Source: Octopus bimaculoides
Taxonomy: Eukaryota
Length of the DNA stretch: 46,027 bases
Direction of reading: 5' to 3'
Assembly (NCBI RefSeq): GCF_001194135.2
Contig: NC_069002.1
Span: 11,942,644-11,988,670, forward strand
How positions within the stretch are numbered: the stretch's first letter is position 1; each line of letters begins with the position of its first letter. This document shows, piece by piece, positions 1 through 11,427 of the stretch. Made by a program: the position numbers and the translations under genes. Below the pieces are notes generated by a model. The model made no database searches. It was not told where the DNA came from and saw only the letters and a program-made list of their open reading frames with translations.

Positions 1-2
1 TA

Positions 3-34
<32 letters not shown>

Positions 35-140
35 AACAGAACTACACCCACATAGAGATTTTTGCCTGTCAGATATGGCGTGCTCTTTATGCATGTGTGT
101 ATGTCTACAGTGTATTTATGTGTATTTGTTTGCAATTGGT

Positions 141-415
141 TTGTGTGTGTGTGTGCGTGTGTGTGTGTGTGTGTGCGTGTGTGTGCGTGTGTGTGTGTCT
201 GCATTCTGATGTGTGAGCATATTTATTTCTATGTACCCGTAGGTTCTCTATGCGTTTGGATCATTTTGCGTATGTAAGCGTGTATACGTGCGTGTACGTA
301 TATGTGTGTATGCATGTGTGTGCATGTGTGTGTGTGTGTGCATGTGAGTGTGTGTGTGTGTGTGTGTGTGTAAGTGTGTGTGTGTGTGTGTGTATGTGTG
401 TGTTTGTTTGTGAAT
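141..415. repeat. (TG)n imperfect dinucleotide microsatellites
   Basis: Long gtgtgt runs interrupted by short unique stretches; they explain the CV/HT-repeat ORFs. Confidence 0.95.
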
Positions 416-524
416 GTGTATGCGTCGGGTGATCCTATTCATAATAGATCGGTTATGACACGAGTCGTAATTTTCATCAAATCCGTTACAATGTCAGCCA
501 GAAATACCCAACGATTACTATTTT

Positions 525-534
525 ATCATCGTCA

Positions 535-567
<33 letters not shown>

Positions 568-592
568 CCGTCACCATCATCATCATTATTGC

Positions 593-624
<32 letters not shown>

Positions 625-681
625 ACTTTTACTATTATTATTTTTGATATTGTTATTTAACTATTATTATTAATATTATTA

Positions 682-714
<33 letters not shown>

Positions 715-809
715 CACTATTATTTATTACTATAACCATCATCATCATCGCCATCATCATCATCGCCATCATCGCCATCATCATCACCATCATCATCATC
801 GCCATCATC

Positions 810-841
<32 letters not shown>

Positions 842-972
842 CATCATTATCGTTATCATTAATATTATCATTATGATTATGATCGTCATCATCATTATTA
901 TCATTTTTATTGTTACAGAATATTGTCATCACCACGATCGCCCCCTATAATCACCATCACCATCGTCCCCCT

Positions 973-1003
<31 letters not shown>

Positions 1004-1021
1004 TAATAATAATAATAATAA

Positions 1022-1119
<98 letters not shown>

Positions 1120-1125
1120 TTGATG

Positions 1126-1173
<48 letters not shown>

Positions 1174-1179
1174 TTGGTG

Positions 1180-1241
<62 letters not shown>

Positions 1242-1293
1242 AAGAAGAAGAAGAAGAAGAAGAAGAAGAAGAAGAAGAAGAAGAAGAAGAAGA
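525..1293. repeat. Compound trinucleotide microsatellite block: (CAT)n,(TAT)n,(CAT)n ... (AAT)n,(AGT)n,(AAT)n,(AAG)n
   Basis: Read directly from the sequence. Confidence 0.95.
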
Positions 1294-1653
1294 ATCAGTC
1301 CCCATCATCCCATGGCTGTTATTCAATACAAAAGATACAGGATTAAGTTGAAAGTCCAGCAGATTCCCTCATCGATGGTGATTATTTGTGAACGAACAAT
1401 GCAATACAATCTTTTGGATCGATCGATTTTGCTCACAGAAACACACACAATCTGTTCTAGCCACCCACCCCTTTCTTCCAGCGCCCTCGTCACTGCTCAT
1501 TCCCACCCGCATCGTCTTTCTATGTTTATTAGAGACGACAGAAAGGGGACAGTTGAAGGAGTGGGTGTGGCGTGATGTGGGAGACGGGGGATTTACATCA
1601 TGTTCATATCTGTGATTATTGGCGTCAGTGGATTAAGTAGACTGATGTGGAAC

Positions 1654-1675
1654 GGGTGGGAGGGGCTTAGGGCGG
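1654..1675 (+). promoter_or_regulatory. G-quadruplex-forming motif overlapping a GC box
   Basis: GGG-T-GGG-A-GGGG-CTTA-GGG at 1654-1672; AGGGCGG at 1669-1675. The motif is directly seen; function is unknown. Confidence 0.35.
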
Positions 1676-1975
1676 TTTAGACTTTGAGGCTCATAGATCG
1701 CCCAGATTTATAGAACAGGAGGTATAGGGCGCAGAATCGATTAGCATTCAATTGCAGTATTTTAATGCTATTCCTTGCCGTTCTTGTTGTTGTTGTTGCT
1801 GTTTTTGTTTCTCTGTTTAGCCACCCCAAGTTCTGCCTTGATCGGTTAAAGCCATATTATGTATCCAGAGGATGATGTCTAAAGGATAATGATGAGGCCG
1901 TGACATGATGCGTTATTCTTCCCTTGGTCATTTCAACATAGCCAATTTCAGAGAGAAGGAGAGGGAGAGAGGGAG

Positions 1976-2015
<40 letters not shown>

Positions 2016-2110
2016 AATCGAACCCGGTACTGGACTATGCTTCGTTTATTGAACCCATAACGATAAAAGATAAACTTGCCACCCCACGCCGATATTTTGA
2101 GTAACAGATT

Positions 2111-2291
2111 TAAATCTTGGACGGTAGACTTAATACTGAACGGAAGGCTTAATTCTTGGACGGTAGACTTAATCGTTAGGGTATTGACTAAATCCTTCAG
2201 TAATAAACTTAATCCTTGGATAGTTAACAATTCTTAACATAAAATTAATCCTTGGTGGACGGCTTAAACTTGGGGAGGTAGACTAAATCTT
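2111..2291. repeat. Degenerate minisatellite with ~20 bp unit (CTTAATCCTTGGACGGTAGA-like)
   Basis: The 19-mer CTTGGACGGTAGACTTAAT is identical at 2116 and 2155; about 9 degenerate units. Confidence 0.8.
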
Positions 2292-2354
2292 TATCTTATG
2301 GACTATGTCGAACAAATTGGCAATTGTATGCTAAACTGCTGGTAACTCTATATG

Positions 2355-2905
2355 AAGCCATTGACAACTTTTTGCTAAATTTTTGACAACACTATATTAA
2401 ATCACTGATAAATTCAAACAAACCATTGACTAACCAGTATGAAATCCAATAAATTATTGACAGCGCTAATCAAACATTTGATAATTCGAACCAAGCGCCA
2501 TTGACGACTTATGTAAGAACAGAAGACTCAACTCAAACCACTGACAATTGAAGTTAACTCAAGCCAAACTTTGACATCACGAGTCAAACTAGCAACGTTT
2601 TATGTCTAACTATTGACAACAGGAGTTTAACATATTTGATAAGTCATCCAAATCAATGGCAGGTTAATCTATTCCATTCAATTCAAGATGAGTCATTGAC
2701 ATCTTTACATGAAACCATTGGCAACTGAAGTGGAATCCATTGACGACACAAGTCAAACCAATGAAAAGTGAAGAGTCAAATCATTGACAATTTAGTATGA
2801 AACCATTGACGACTTTATGTCAAACCACTGAATATCCTACGTCACACCATTGGCAGCTTTATGTCAAAAGTTACTGACAAATCAAATAAAATCATTGACA
2901 GTTCG
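2355..2905. repeat. Degenerate minisatellite with ~20-30 bp spacing and core (GTCAA)ACCATTGAC
   Basis: About 20 recurrences of variants such as CCATTGAC, CCACTGAC and TCATTGAC. Confidence 0.8.
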
Positions 2906-3255
2906 AGTCAAAATTTATTCACACCTCAAGTCAACAGCGTGTGCTGAGATAGATATTTGAGGATTTGTCTCTACCATAGCCTCTAAGGTCAAGGCAAAGC
3001 AGGTAATTTTAGTTGAGTGCACGAATAGACATATCCAGAACATTTGTTGCATAATATATTTCTTCCGTCAGATCCCTACCACCCTTCTGCCACCCAATTC
3101 TCCTATGAAATCCCCCTGAAACTACGCCTTGTCACCCATTAAAAATAGTCATCATAATTCGTTATACTATTTTCTTTAATTAATAAATTAAAAATAATTT
3201 CTCAATCTTCTTCGCCATTGAACATAATACTTAAAAAGACGGAGCACCAGTATGG

Positions 3256-3395
3256 TCTGACAAATCCACTTACAAGGCTTTGGTCGGCCTGAGGTTATAG
3301 TAGAACACACTTCCCCAAGGTGGCCCGTAGTGAGACTGAACCTGGAGCCATGCAGCTGAGAAGCAAACCTCTTACAACGCAGCCACGCCTGCGTC
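3256..3395 (-). mobile_element. tRNA-derived SINE family A, 5' half
   Basis: The reverse complement reads gacgcaggcgtggctgcgttgtaag...ggttcagtctcact...ccaccttggggaagtgtgttctactataacctcaggccgaccaaagccttgtaagtggatttg, matching the copies at 19524, 24276 and 33844. Confidence 0.9.
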
Positions 3396-3467
3396 TGTAT
3401 TTCAAATACATATTGGCATACGTACGAATATATATGTCAGTGTGTGTGTATGTATACATACATACAG

Positions 3468-3505
<38 letters not shown>

Positions 3506-3616
3506 TTTCATAAGTTCTAAGCTACATGGTTATAAAGTGTGATCGTTTAAATAACTCCAACAGAAACCATGTGTTTGTATGTGAGTGTGTGTGAGAGTAC
3601 GTGTATGTTTGTGTAC

Positions 3617-3666
<50 letters not shown>

Positions 3667-3686
3667 GTGTGTATGTGTTCTACAGA

Positions 3687-3733
<47 letters not shown>

Positions 3734-4222
3734 AACAGCGGGTCACATAACACAGAAATATATAGACACATCCGCACACAAACATACCTAAGTACACACA
3801 TACACTCACACACACACACAGACACACACACACACACAAACACAAAAACACACACACACACACACACAAACACAAACACAAAAACACACATTCAATTTGT
3901 AATCTCAGCAGAAATTACCCGGATGTTATTTCTTCTTATAAATCTAAATAGCTTTAAAGATTTAATGCATTTTTCTTCAGCATATCTCACACTGGAAATC
4001 GTTGTAACACAGTAACGAGCGTCTCCGACATCACCACCACCAAGAACATCACATCCACCCCCTCCAACCACTTACATCAACATCACTGCCACCACTACCA
4101 CCACCATAACGACCAACTTCTCCACCACTGTCACCTCTGTATACATGTTCCATTCCTCCTAAAACTCATTTTTATCCGCTTATATATGTATGGAGATAGG
4201 TAGCTCTCTCTCTTTCTCTATC

Positions 4223-4262
<40 letters not shown>

Positions 4263-4273
4263 NNNNNNNNNNC

Positions 4274-4324
<51 letters not shown>

Positions 4325-5038
4325 CTCTCTCTCTCTCTTACTTTCTTTCTCTCTCGTTTTCTCTCTCTGTCTCTCCCCAGTATATGCACTTTCGTACATA
4401 CAACACATATATATAAAAGACACATACACACACACATCTATATATACATACATACACACATAACTATGCACTTACACATACACACACATTTTTATATATA
4501 TNNNNNNNNNNNNNNNNNNNNNNNNNNNNNNNNNNNNNNNNNNNNNNNNNNNNNNNNNNNNNNNNNNNNNNNNNNNNNNNNNNNNNNNNNNNNNNNNNNN
4601 NNNNNNNNNNNNNNNNNNNNNNNNNNNNNNNNNNNNNNNNNNNNNNNNNNNNNNNNNNNNNNNNNNNNNNNNNNNNNNNNNNNNNNNNNNNNNNNNNNNN
4701 NNNNNNNNNNNNNNNNNNNNNNNNNNNNNNNNNNNNNNNNNNNNNNNNNNNNNNNNNNNNNNNNNNNNNNNNNNNNNNNNNNNNNNNNNNNNNNNNNNNN
4801 NNNNNNNNNNNNNNNNNNNNNNNNNNNNNNNNNNNNNNNNNNNNNNNNNNNNNNNNNNNNNNNNNNNNNNNNNNNNNNNNNNNNNNNNNNNNNNNNNNNN
4901 NNNNNNNNNNNNNNNNNNNNNNNNNNNNNNNNNNNNNNNNNNNNNNNNNNNNNNNNNNNNNNNNNNNNNNNNNNNNNNNNNNNNNNNNNNNNNNNNNNNN
5001 NNNNNNNNNNNNNNNNNNNNNNNNNNNNNNNNNNNNNN

Positions 5039-5073
<35 letters not shown>

Positions 5074-5501
5074 AAAAACGAAAATAACATAAGAAAAAAA
5101 CCAACAACGCGAGGGCGTTGTACATGCAATTCATGAATATGAGGTTAAAAAGAAATTTGAGCACCTTTCCTCACACTCACTATTTTCCTTGACAGAAAAG
5201 ACTTTTGTCCATACATCCATACATATAATGTTGGCTAAAATCTATAGATATATTCTGTAATAGCGAAAAAAATACCACTGATATGGCACCGCTTGGAATT
5301 AATAAATGAAAGTAGCTATGTGATAAGCTAGTCAATAGAATTAGGTTCAATATAATAAGTGTTACATCTATTTGACTTTTAAACCCATAGAATTTGAGGG
5401 TCTACGTGGAAGGATACAGAGGGTATTCATGAAATTGGTTGTTGAAATCCCAGCATAGGATTGAAACTTGTCCGGTTGATCTGTCATTTCTGTCTAGAGA
5501 G

Positions 5502-5539
5502 ATATTCTTTTCTACTCTAGGTACAAGGCCCGAAATTTT
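5502..5539 (-). mobile_element. SINE family B, 38 bp 3'-terminal fragment (5'-truncated)
   Basis: atattcttttctactctaggtacaaggcccgaaatttt matches the end of the copy at 38029-38064. Confidence 0.75.
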
Positions 5540-7991
5540 ACCCTTGTCAACCGCTCATAACTGCATGTGTTTGTGTGCTGTTCCATACGTACGTGTATGT
5601 AGATTATATATATATATATATATATATATATNNNNNNNNNNNNNNNNNNNNNNNNNNNNNNNNNNNNNNNNNNNNNNNNNNNNNNNNNNNNNNNNNNNNN
5701 NNNNNNNNNNNNNNNNNNNNNNNNNNNNNNNNNNNNNNNNNNNNNNNNNNNNNNNNNNNNNNNNNNNNNNNNNNNNNNNNNNNNNNNNNNNNNNNNNNNN
5801 NNNNNNNNNNNNNNNNNNNNNNNNNNNNNNNNNNNNNNNNNNNNNNNNNNNNNNNNNNNNNNNNNNNNNNNNNNNNNNNNNNNNNNNNNNNNNNNNNNNN
5901 NNNNNNNNNNNNNNNNNNNNNNNNNNNNNNNNNNNNNNNNNNNNNNNNNNNNNNNNNNNNNNNNNNNNNNNNNNNNNNNNNNNNNNNNNNNNNNNNNNNN
6001 NNNNNNNNNNNNNNNNNNNNNNNNNNNNNNNNNNNNNNNNNNNNNNNNNNNNNNNNNNNNNNNNNNNNNNNNNNNNNNNNNNNNNNNNNNNNNNNNNNNN
6101 NNNNNNNNNNNNNNNNNNNNNNNNNNNNNNNNNNNNNNNNNNNNNNNNNNNNNNNNNNNNNNNNNNNNNNNNNNNNNNNNNNNNNNNNNNNNNNNNNNNN
6201 NNNNNNNNNNNNNNNNNNNNNNNNNNNNNNNNNNNNNNNNNNNNNNNNNNNNNNNNNNNNNNNNNNNNNNNNNNNNNNNNNNNNNNNNNNNNNNNNNNNN
6301 NNNNNNNNNNNNNNNNNNNNNNNNNNNNNNNNNNNNNNNNNNNNNNNNNNNNNNNNNNNNNNNNNNNNNNNNNNNNNNNNNNNNNNNNNNNNNNNNNNNN
6401 NNNNNNNNNNNNNNNNNNNNNNNNNNNNNNNNNNNNNNNNNNNNNNNNNNNNNNNNNNNNNNNNNNNNNNNNNNNNNNNNNNNNNNNNNNNNNNNNNNNN
6501 NNNNNNTGTGTATTGCTTGTTGTGTGTGCGCTTGAAAATGATACATTCTTATGAGAGAGTGCATGCATACATTTACACACGCAGACACACGCAGACACAC
6601 ACAGACACACGTAGACACACATGGATACACACAGACACACATAGATTCGCATGTATGTATGTAAGCATATATATATATATATGTGCCTGTATGTATATTA
6701 ACGTGTATGTATCAGTGTGTGCTTGTATGTGTTTACGCAGATACCAAAGATATACTTTCTCGTAGAATTAATCTAAAATGTCATGAAAGCGAGGAACGGG
6801 AACGACGGCGACGGAGAAAGGAGAGGAGGGCACGGACGTGGAATGGGATTACATGTTACAAGGCTTTCTTTGTAATGTTATATAGGGTCCAGATTGTTAA
6901 GATATCAAACCTAAAAGCCCCTACTGCGTATGTATATATATACGACACAGATTCCCAAATACACGAACACACACAGACTTCGAAGTTACATACGCACATT
7001 ATAATTCGTCGTTTCAGCAAAGAGCCCCCCCCCCAACATATTAATGTTTTGTCTTCTTATGACTGTAAAAAGTTGTGAAGTTTTAATATTTTAGTTTAGG
7101 GTTTCTAACATCAAATAGAAATGTCTACCCACTTGTGTAAACATACATTATCGCTCCTAAACAGTGTCAGCTTTCTCTTATGCATGTTGTTACACGTATA
7201 TATATGTATATATGTATATACATATATATATATATATATANNNNNNNNNNNNNNNNNNNNNNNNNNNNNNNNNNNNNNNNNNNNNNNNNNNNNNNNNNNN
7301 NNNNNNNNNNNNNNNNNNNNNNNNNNNNNNNNNNNNNNNNNNNNNNNNNNNNNNNNNNNNNNNNNNNNNNNNNNNNNNNNNNNNNNNNNNNNNNNNNNNN
7401 NNNNNNNNNNNNNNNNNNNNNNNNNNNNNNNNNNNNNNNNNNNNNNNNNNNNNNNNNNNNNNNNNNNNNNNNNNNNNNNNNNNNNNNNNNNNNNNNNNNN
7501 NNNNNNNNNNNNNNNNNNNNNNNNNNNNNNNNNNNNNNNNNNNNNNNNNNNNNNNNNNNNNNNNNNNNNNNNNNNNNNNNNNNNNNNNNNNNNNNNNNNN
7601 NNNNNNNNNNNNNNNNNNNNNNNNNNNNNNNNNNNNNNNNNNNNNNNNNNNNNNNNNNNNNNNNNNNNNNNNNNNNNNNNNNNNNNNNNNNNNNNNNNNN
7701 NNNNNNNNNNNNNNNNNNNNNNNNNNNNNNNNNNNNNNNNNNNNNNNNNNNNNNNNNNNNNNNNNNNNNNNNNNNNNNNNNNNNNNNNNNNNNNNNNNNN
7801 NNNNNNNNNNNNNNNNNNNNNNNNNNNNNNNNNNNNNNNNNNNNNNNNNNNNNNNNNNNNNNNNNNNNNNNNNNNNNNNNNNNNNNNNNNNNNNNNNNNN
7901 NNNNNNNNNNNNNNNNNNNNNNNNNNNNNNNNNNNNNNNNNNNNNNNNNNNNNNNNNNNNNNNNNNNNNNNNNNNNNNNNNNNNNNNNNNN

Positions 7992-8213
7992 GTGTGTGTG
8001 TGTTTGTGTGTCTGTGTTTGTCCCCCCAACATCGCTTGACAACCGATGCTGGTGTGTTTACGTCCCCGTAACTTAGCGGTTCGGCAAAAGAGACCGGTAG
8101 AATAAGTACTAGGCTTACAAAGAATAAGTCCTGGGGTCGATTTGCTCGACTAAAGGCAGTGCTCCAGCATGGATGCAGTCAAATGACTGAAACAAGTAAA
8201 AGAGTAAAAGAGT
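7992..8213 (+). mobile_element. SINE family A, 3' half (5' half lost in gap)
   Basis: gtgtttacgtccccgtaacttagcggttcggcaaaagagacc matches 24601-24645; the end agcatggatgcagtcaaatgactgaaacaa matches 20472-20501. Confidence 0.9.
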
Positions 8214-8620
8214 ATATGTAAGTATCCACATATATGTCCATATGCACACACGCACACGCACACACACACAAACACACACACACATACACACACATACACA
8301 AAGAAACAAACGCATACACATACACAAGCACACATATTGTAGAAGGAGAAGTGGCTACTTTCTACTCGGCGCGTATGACAGAGTGAAATGGTTATGAAAT
8401 TATTAGTTGAACGTCTGGGTGACACGAACTGTCTACGATTTCAACTTTGACAACACAAAAGTAATATCTAATTACAATAAGCTTCAGATGACAACGAAGA
8501 TCAACCTTTAGCACTGGGGGTGACAAATAATTGGGTATCCTTTCAGCTGTATGAAACTTGCAGACGCTGATAGTTGAACTTGAATAACAAATATCAGAAT
8601 TTAATACGTACATACATACA

Positions 8621-8970
8621 TTGTTGTTGTTGGCACTCCGTCGCTTACGACGTCGAGGGTTCCAGTTGATCCGATCAACGGAACAGCCTGCTCGTGAAAT
8701 TAACGTGCAAGTTGGTGGCTGAGCACTCCACAGACACGTGTACCCTTAACGTAGTTCTCAGGGATATTCAGCATGACACAGAGTGACAAGGCGGACCCTT
8801 TGAATTACAAGCACAACAGAAACAGGAAGTAAGAGTGAGAGAAAGTTGTGGTGGAAGAGTACAGCAGGGTTCGCCACCATCCCCTGCCGGAGCCTCGTGG
8901 AGCTTTTAGGTGTTTTCGCTCAATAAACACTCACAACGCTCGGTCTGGGAATCGAAACCGCGATCCTATG
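8621..8970 (-). mobile_element. SINE family C with (AAC)n tail; head runs into the gap
   Basis: B-box-like GGTTTCGATTCCC on the minus strand at about 8947-8959; body shared with 40455-40691 and 43254-43525; tail reads gccaacaacaacaa on the minus strand. Confidence 0.85.
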
Positions 8971-9465
8971 NNNNNNNNNNNNNNNNNNNNNNNNNNNNNN
9001 NNNNNNNNNNNNNNNNNNNNNNNNNNNNNNNNNNNNNNNNNNNNNNNNNNNNNNNNNNNNNNNNNNNNNNNNNNNNNNNNNNNNNNNNNNNNNNNNNNNN
9101 NNNNNNNNNNNNNNNNNNNNNNNNNNNNNNNNNNNNNNNNNNNNNNNNNNNNNNNNNNNNNNNNNNNNNNNNNNNNNNNNNNNNNNNNNNNNNNNNNNNN
9201 NNNNNNNNNNNNNNNNNNNNNNNNNNNNNNNNNNNNNNNNNNNNNNNNNNNNNNNNNNNNNNNNNNNNNNNNNNNNNNNNNNNNNNNNNNNNNNNNNNNN
9301 NNNNNNNNNNNNNNNNNNNNNNNNNNNNNNNNNNNNNNNNNNNNNNNNNNNNNNNNNNNNNNNNNNNNNNNNNNNNNNNNNNNNNNNNNNNNNNNNNNNN
9401 NNNNNNNNNNNNNNNNNNNNNNNNNNNNNNNNNNNNNNNNNNNNNNNNNNNNNNNNNNNNNNNNN

Positions 9466-9899
9466 TTTGTCTGTCCTTGTTTGTACCCTCTATGTTTGGC
9501 TCCTTGTGGGCAATAAAGAAATAAGAAACGTTAACACGCCGGGCGAAATGCTTAGCGGGTATTTCGTCTGTCTTTACGTTCTGAGTTCAAATTCCGCCGA
9601 GGTCGACATTGCCTTTCATCCTTTCGAGGTCGATAAATTAAGTACCAGTGACGTACTGGGGTTAATGTAATCGACTTAATTCCTTTGTCTGTCCTTGTTT
9701 GTACCCTCTATGTTTGGCTCCTTGTGGGCAATAAAGAAATAAGAAACGTTAACACGCCGGGCGAAATGCTTAGCGGTATTTCGTCTATCTTTACGTTCTG
9801 AGTTCAAATTCCACCGATGTTGACTTTGCCTTTCATCCTTTCGAGGTCGATAAATTAAGTACCAGTGACGGGCCTTGTGCCTAGTGTAGAAAAGAATTT
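9466..9899 (+). mobile_element. Tandem array of 5'-truncated SINE B units, 218 bp period
   Basis: tttgtctgtccttgtttgtaccctctatg occurs at 9466 and 9684, each followed by a near-identical B body; the array ends in gggccttgtgcctagtgtagaaaagaat. Confidence 0.9.
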
Positions 9900-10500
9900 C
9901 ATACTGTTTCCTCTGAGCTCTATATTAAAGCTTCGATGGCAATATAGAACTGTAAGAAAACAAGAATATCTCTTAGCTTTACTGCTCTATGTACGTCTAT
10001 ATATCTTGACTGCTAATTTCGAACTTAGATGATGCTTTTGAACCTTCAAAGGTTAGTTTTACTAGATGGATCATAAGATCTGTTTATGGGTGCCTTTTCA
10101 AAAAGTGGCCACGGAGAAGATAATTTTGCAATGCTAAATGCCTTTGTGAAATCAATAACTACTATGTGCGAAAGAGCTGTGGGATTCTGTGGACTTTTCG
10201 ATTACTGTTCGAAGCAGATGATCCTTCGAGTTGATAAGCAGTTTTGAAAGCTGAAATGCGTTAGTATAGATCGATTTTGGTCCTGTCAGTAATGACTAAG
10301 GAGATATATGGGTGTATATTTAAAGCAATGTCTAAGATCTGCTCACTTGCTCGAAACCACGATAACTTTGAAAGACTGAAACAGAAACCCCGTTTAAAAA
10401 AATCATGCTGGATAGTTTAGTAATTGCTTTTAAAATTACTTCACCCCACCATTGTGAACGGATTTAATCAATTCTTGGGACGTTACCAGACAACAGTAGA
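9900..10500 (-). pseudogene. Degraded non-LTR retrotransposon reverse transcriptase (RTE-like)
   Basis: Manual minus-strand translation across frameshifts gives, in canonical RT order: DLRHCFKYTPIYLLSH (10292-10339), DHLLRTVIEKSTES (10182-10223), IVVIDFTKAF (10136-10165), IDVHRAVKLRDILVFLQFYIAIEALI (9923-10000). These correspond to D..NYRPISLLS, DH...LR.VIEK, FIDF.KAFD and I.RGVKQGD.LSP.LF. The upstream boundary is uncertain (possibly to about 11150). Confidence 0.8.
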
Positions 10501-11395
10501 TTAATTTTGCGTTGAGTTACTTCGTGAAGGTCGGATAGTATATCTGGTGATGAGTTATATGCTTGTCCAAGATAAGGATTTTCATTAAAATGAGGAGCAC
10601 AAATTCATTCTTTATTCCTCGGCCAACTGAACGTCTGTTTCTCTTAACTGTTTCAATTCTAGCGTGGAATTAGTTCTCTGAAAATGGATAGCTGATTTGG
10701 CCCATAATCTTTATTTTTGCAATTTTGTCTTTCTTTACAATTTTTTTTTTTTTTCTGAGTTTGCGATTTTGCAGTGGATAGAGCTACTTCCTTAAATTTT
10801 GTGGATTTCCATGGATTTCATTTTCCTTTTTAGATTACTTTGGTCGTTAAAGAAGTCATTCGTGATGGTTTGATTCCATCTTAGTTCATTATAACTAATG
10901 TTATACAATAAAACAGCCACTCTGATTTTCGAGCGCATGTAATAAAATGCACCACAGCCATCAGAAAAATTCCAACTATTTAGCCATATTCTCTACACTC
11001 ACCTAAAATTGAATTGGTGCAGATCCTGTATCTTCTTTTTGTCCTGAAATTCGCATTAGTTTTTTAAAAATCAGTTCTCTCATTTAGAAACTTTCTCTCT
11101 GGAACTCTGGAGCCCAAATTACATTGTCTATGATATCTTCAAACCCCACTTAATATGCGACTCTCACAATATTTTTCTGAGCATAAAGTGCAAGCGTGTC
11201 TGTGTGGTATATACACACTCGTATATTTACATTATATATATATACGCACACTCGTATAATTACATTATATATGTATGTGCGTGTACTAGAAAGGACATGC
11301 ACATATGCATCTAATATATATACGTACATATATTACAACCATTTTTTCGAAAGGATACATATACATACATATACACACACACACATATATATAAG

Positions 11396-11427
<32 letters not shown>

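Noticed and set aside
2111-2905. CRISPR-like repeat-spacer appearance of the minisatellites
   Set aside because: Repeats are short and degenerate, spacers are related to each other and too short, there are no cas genes, and the DNA is eukaryotic.
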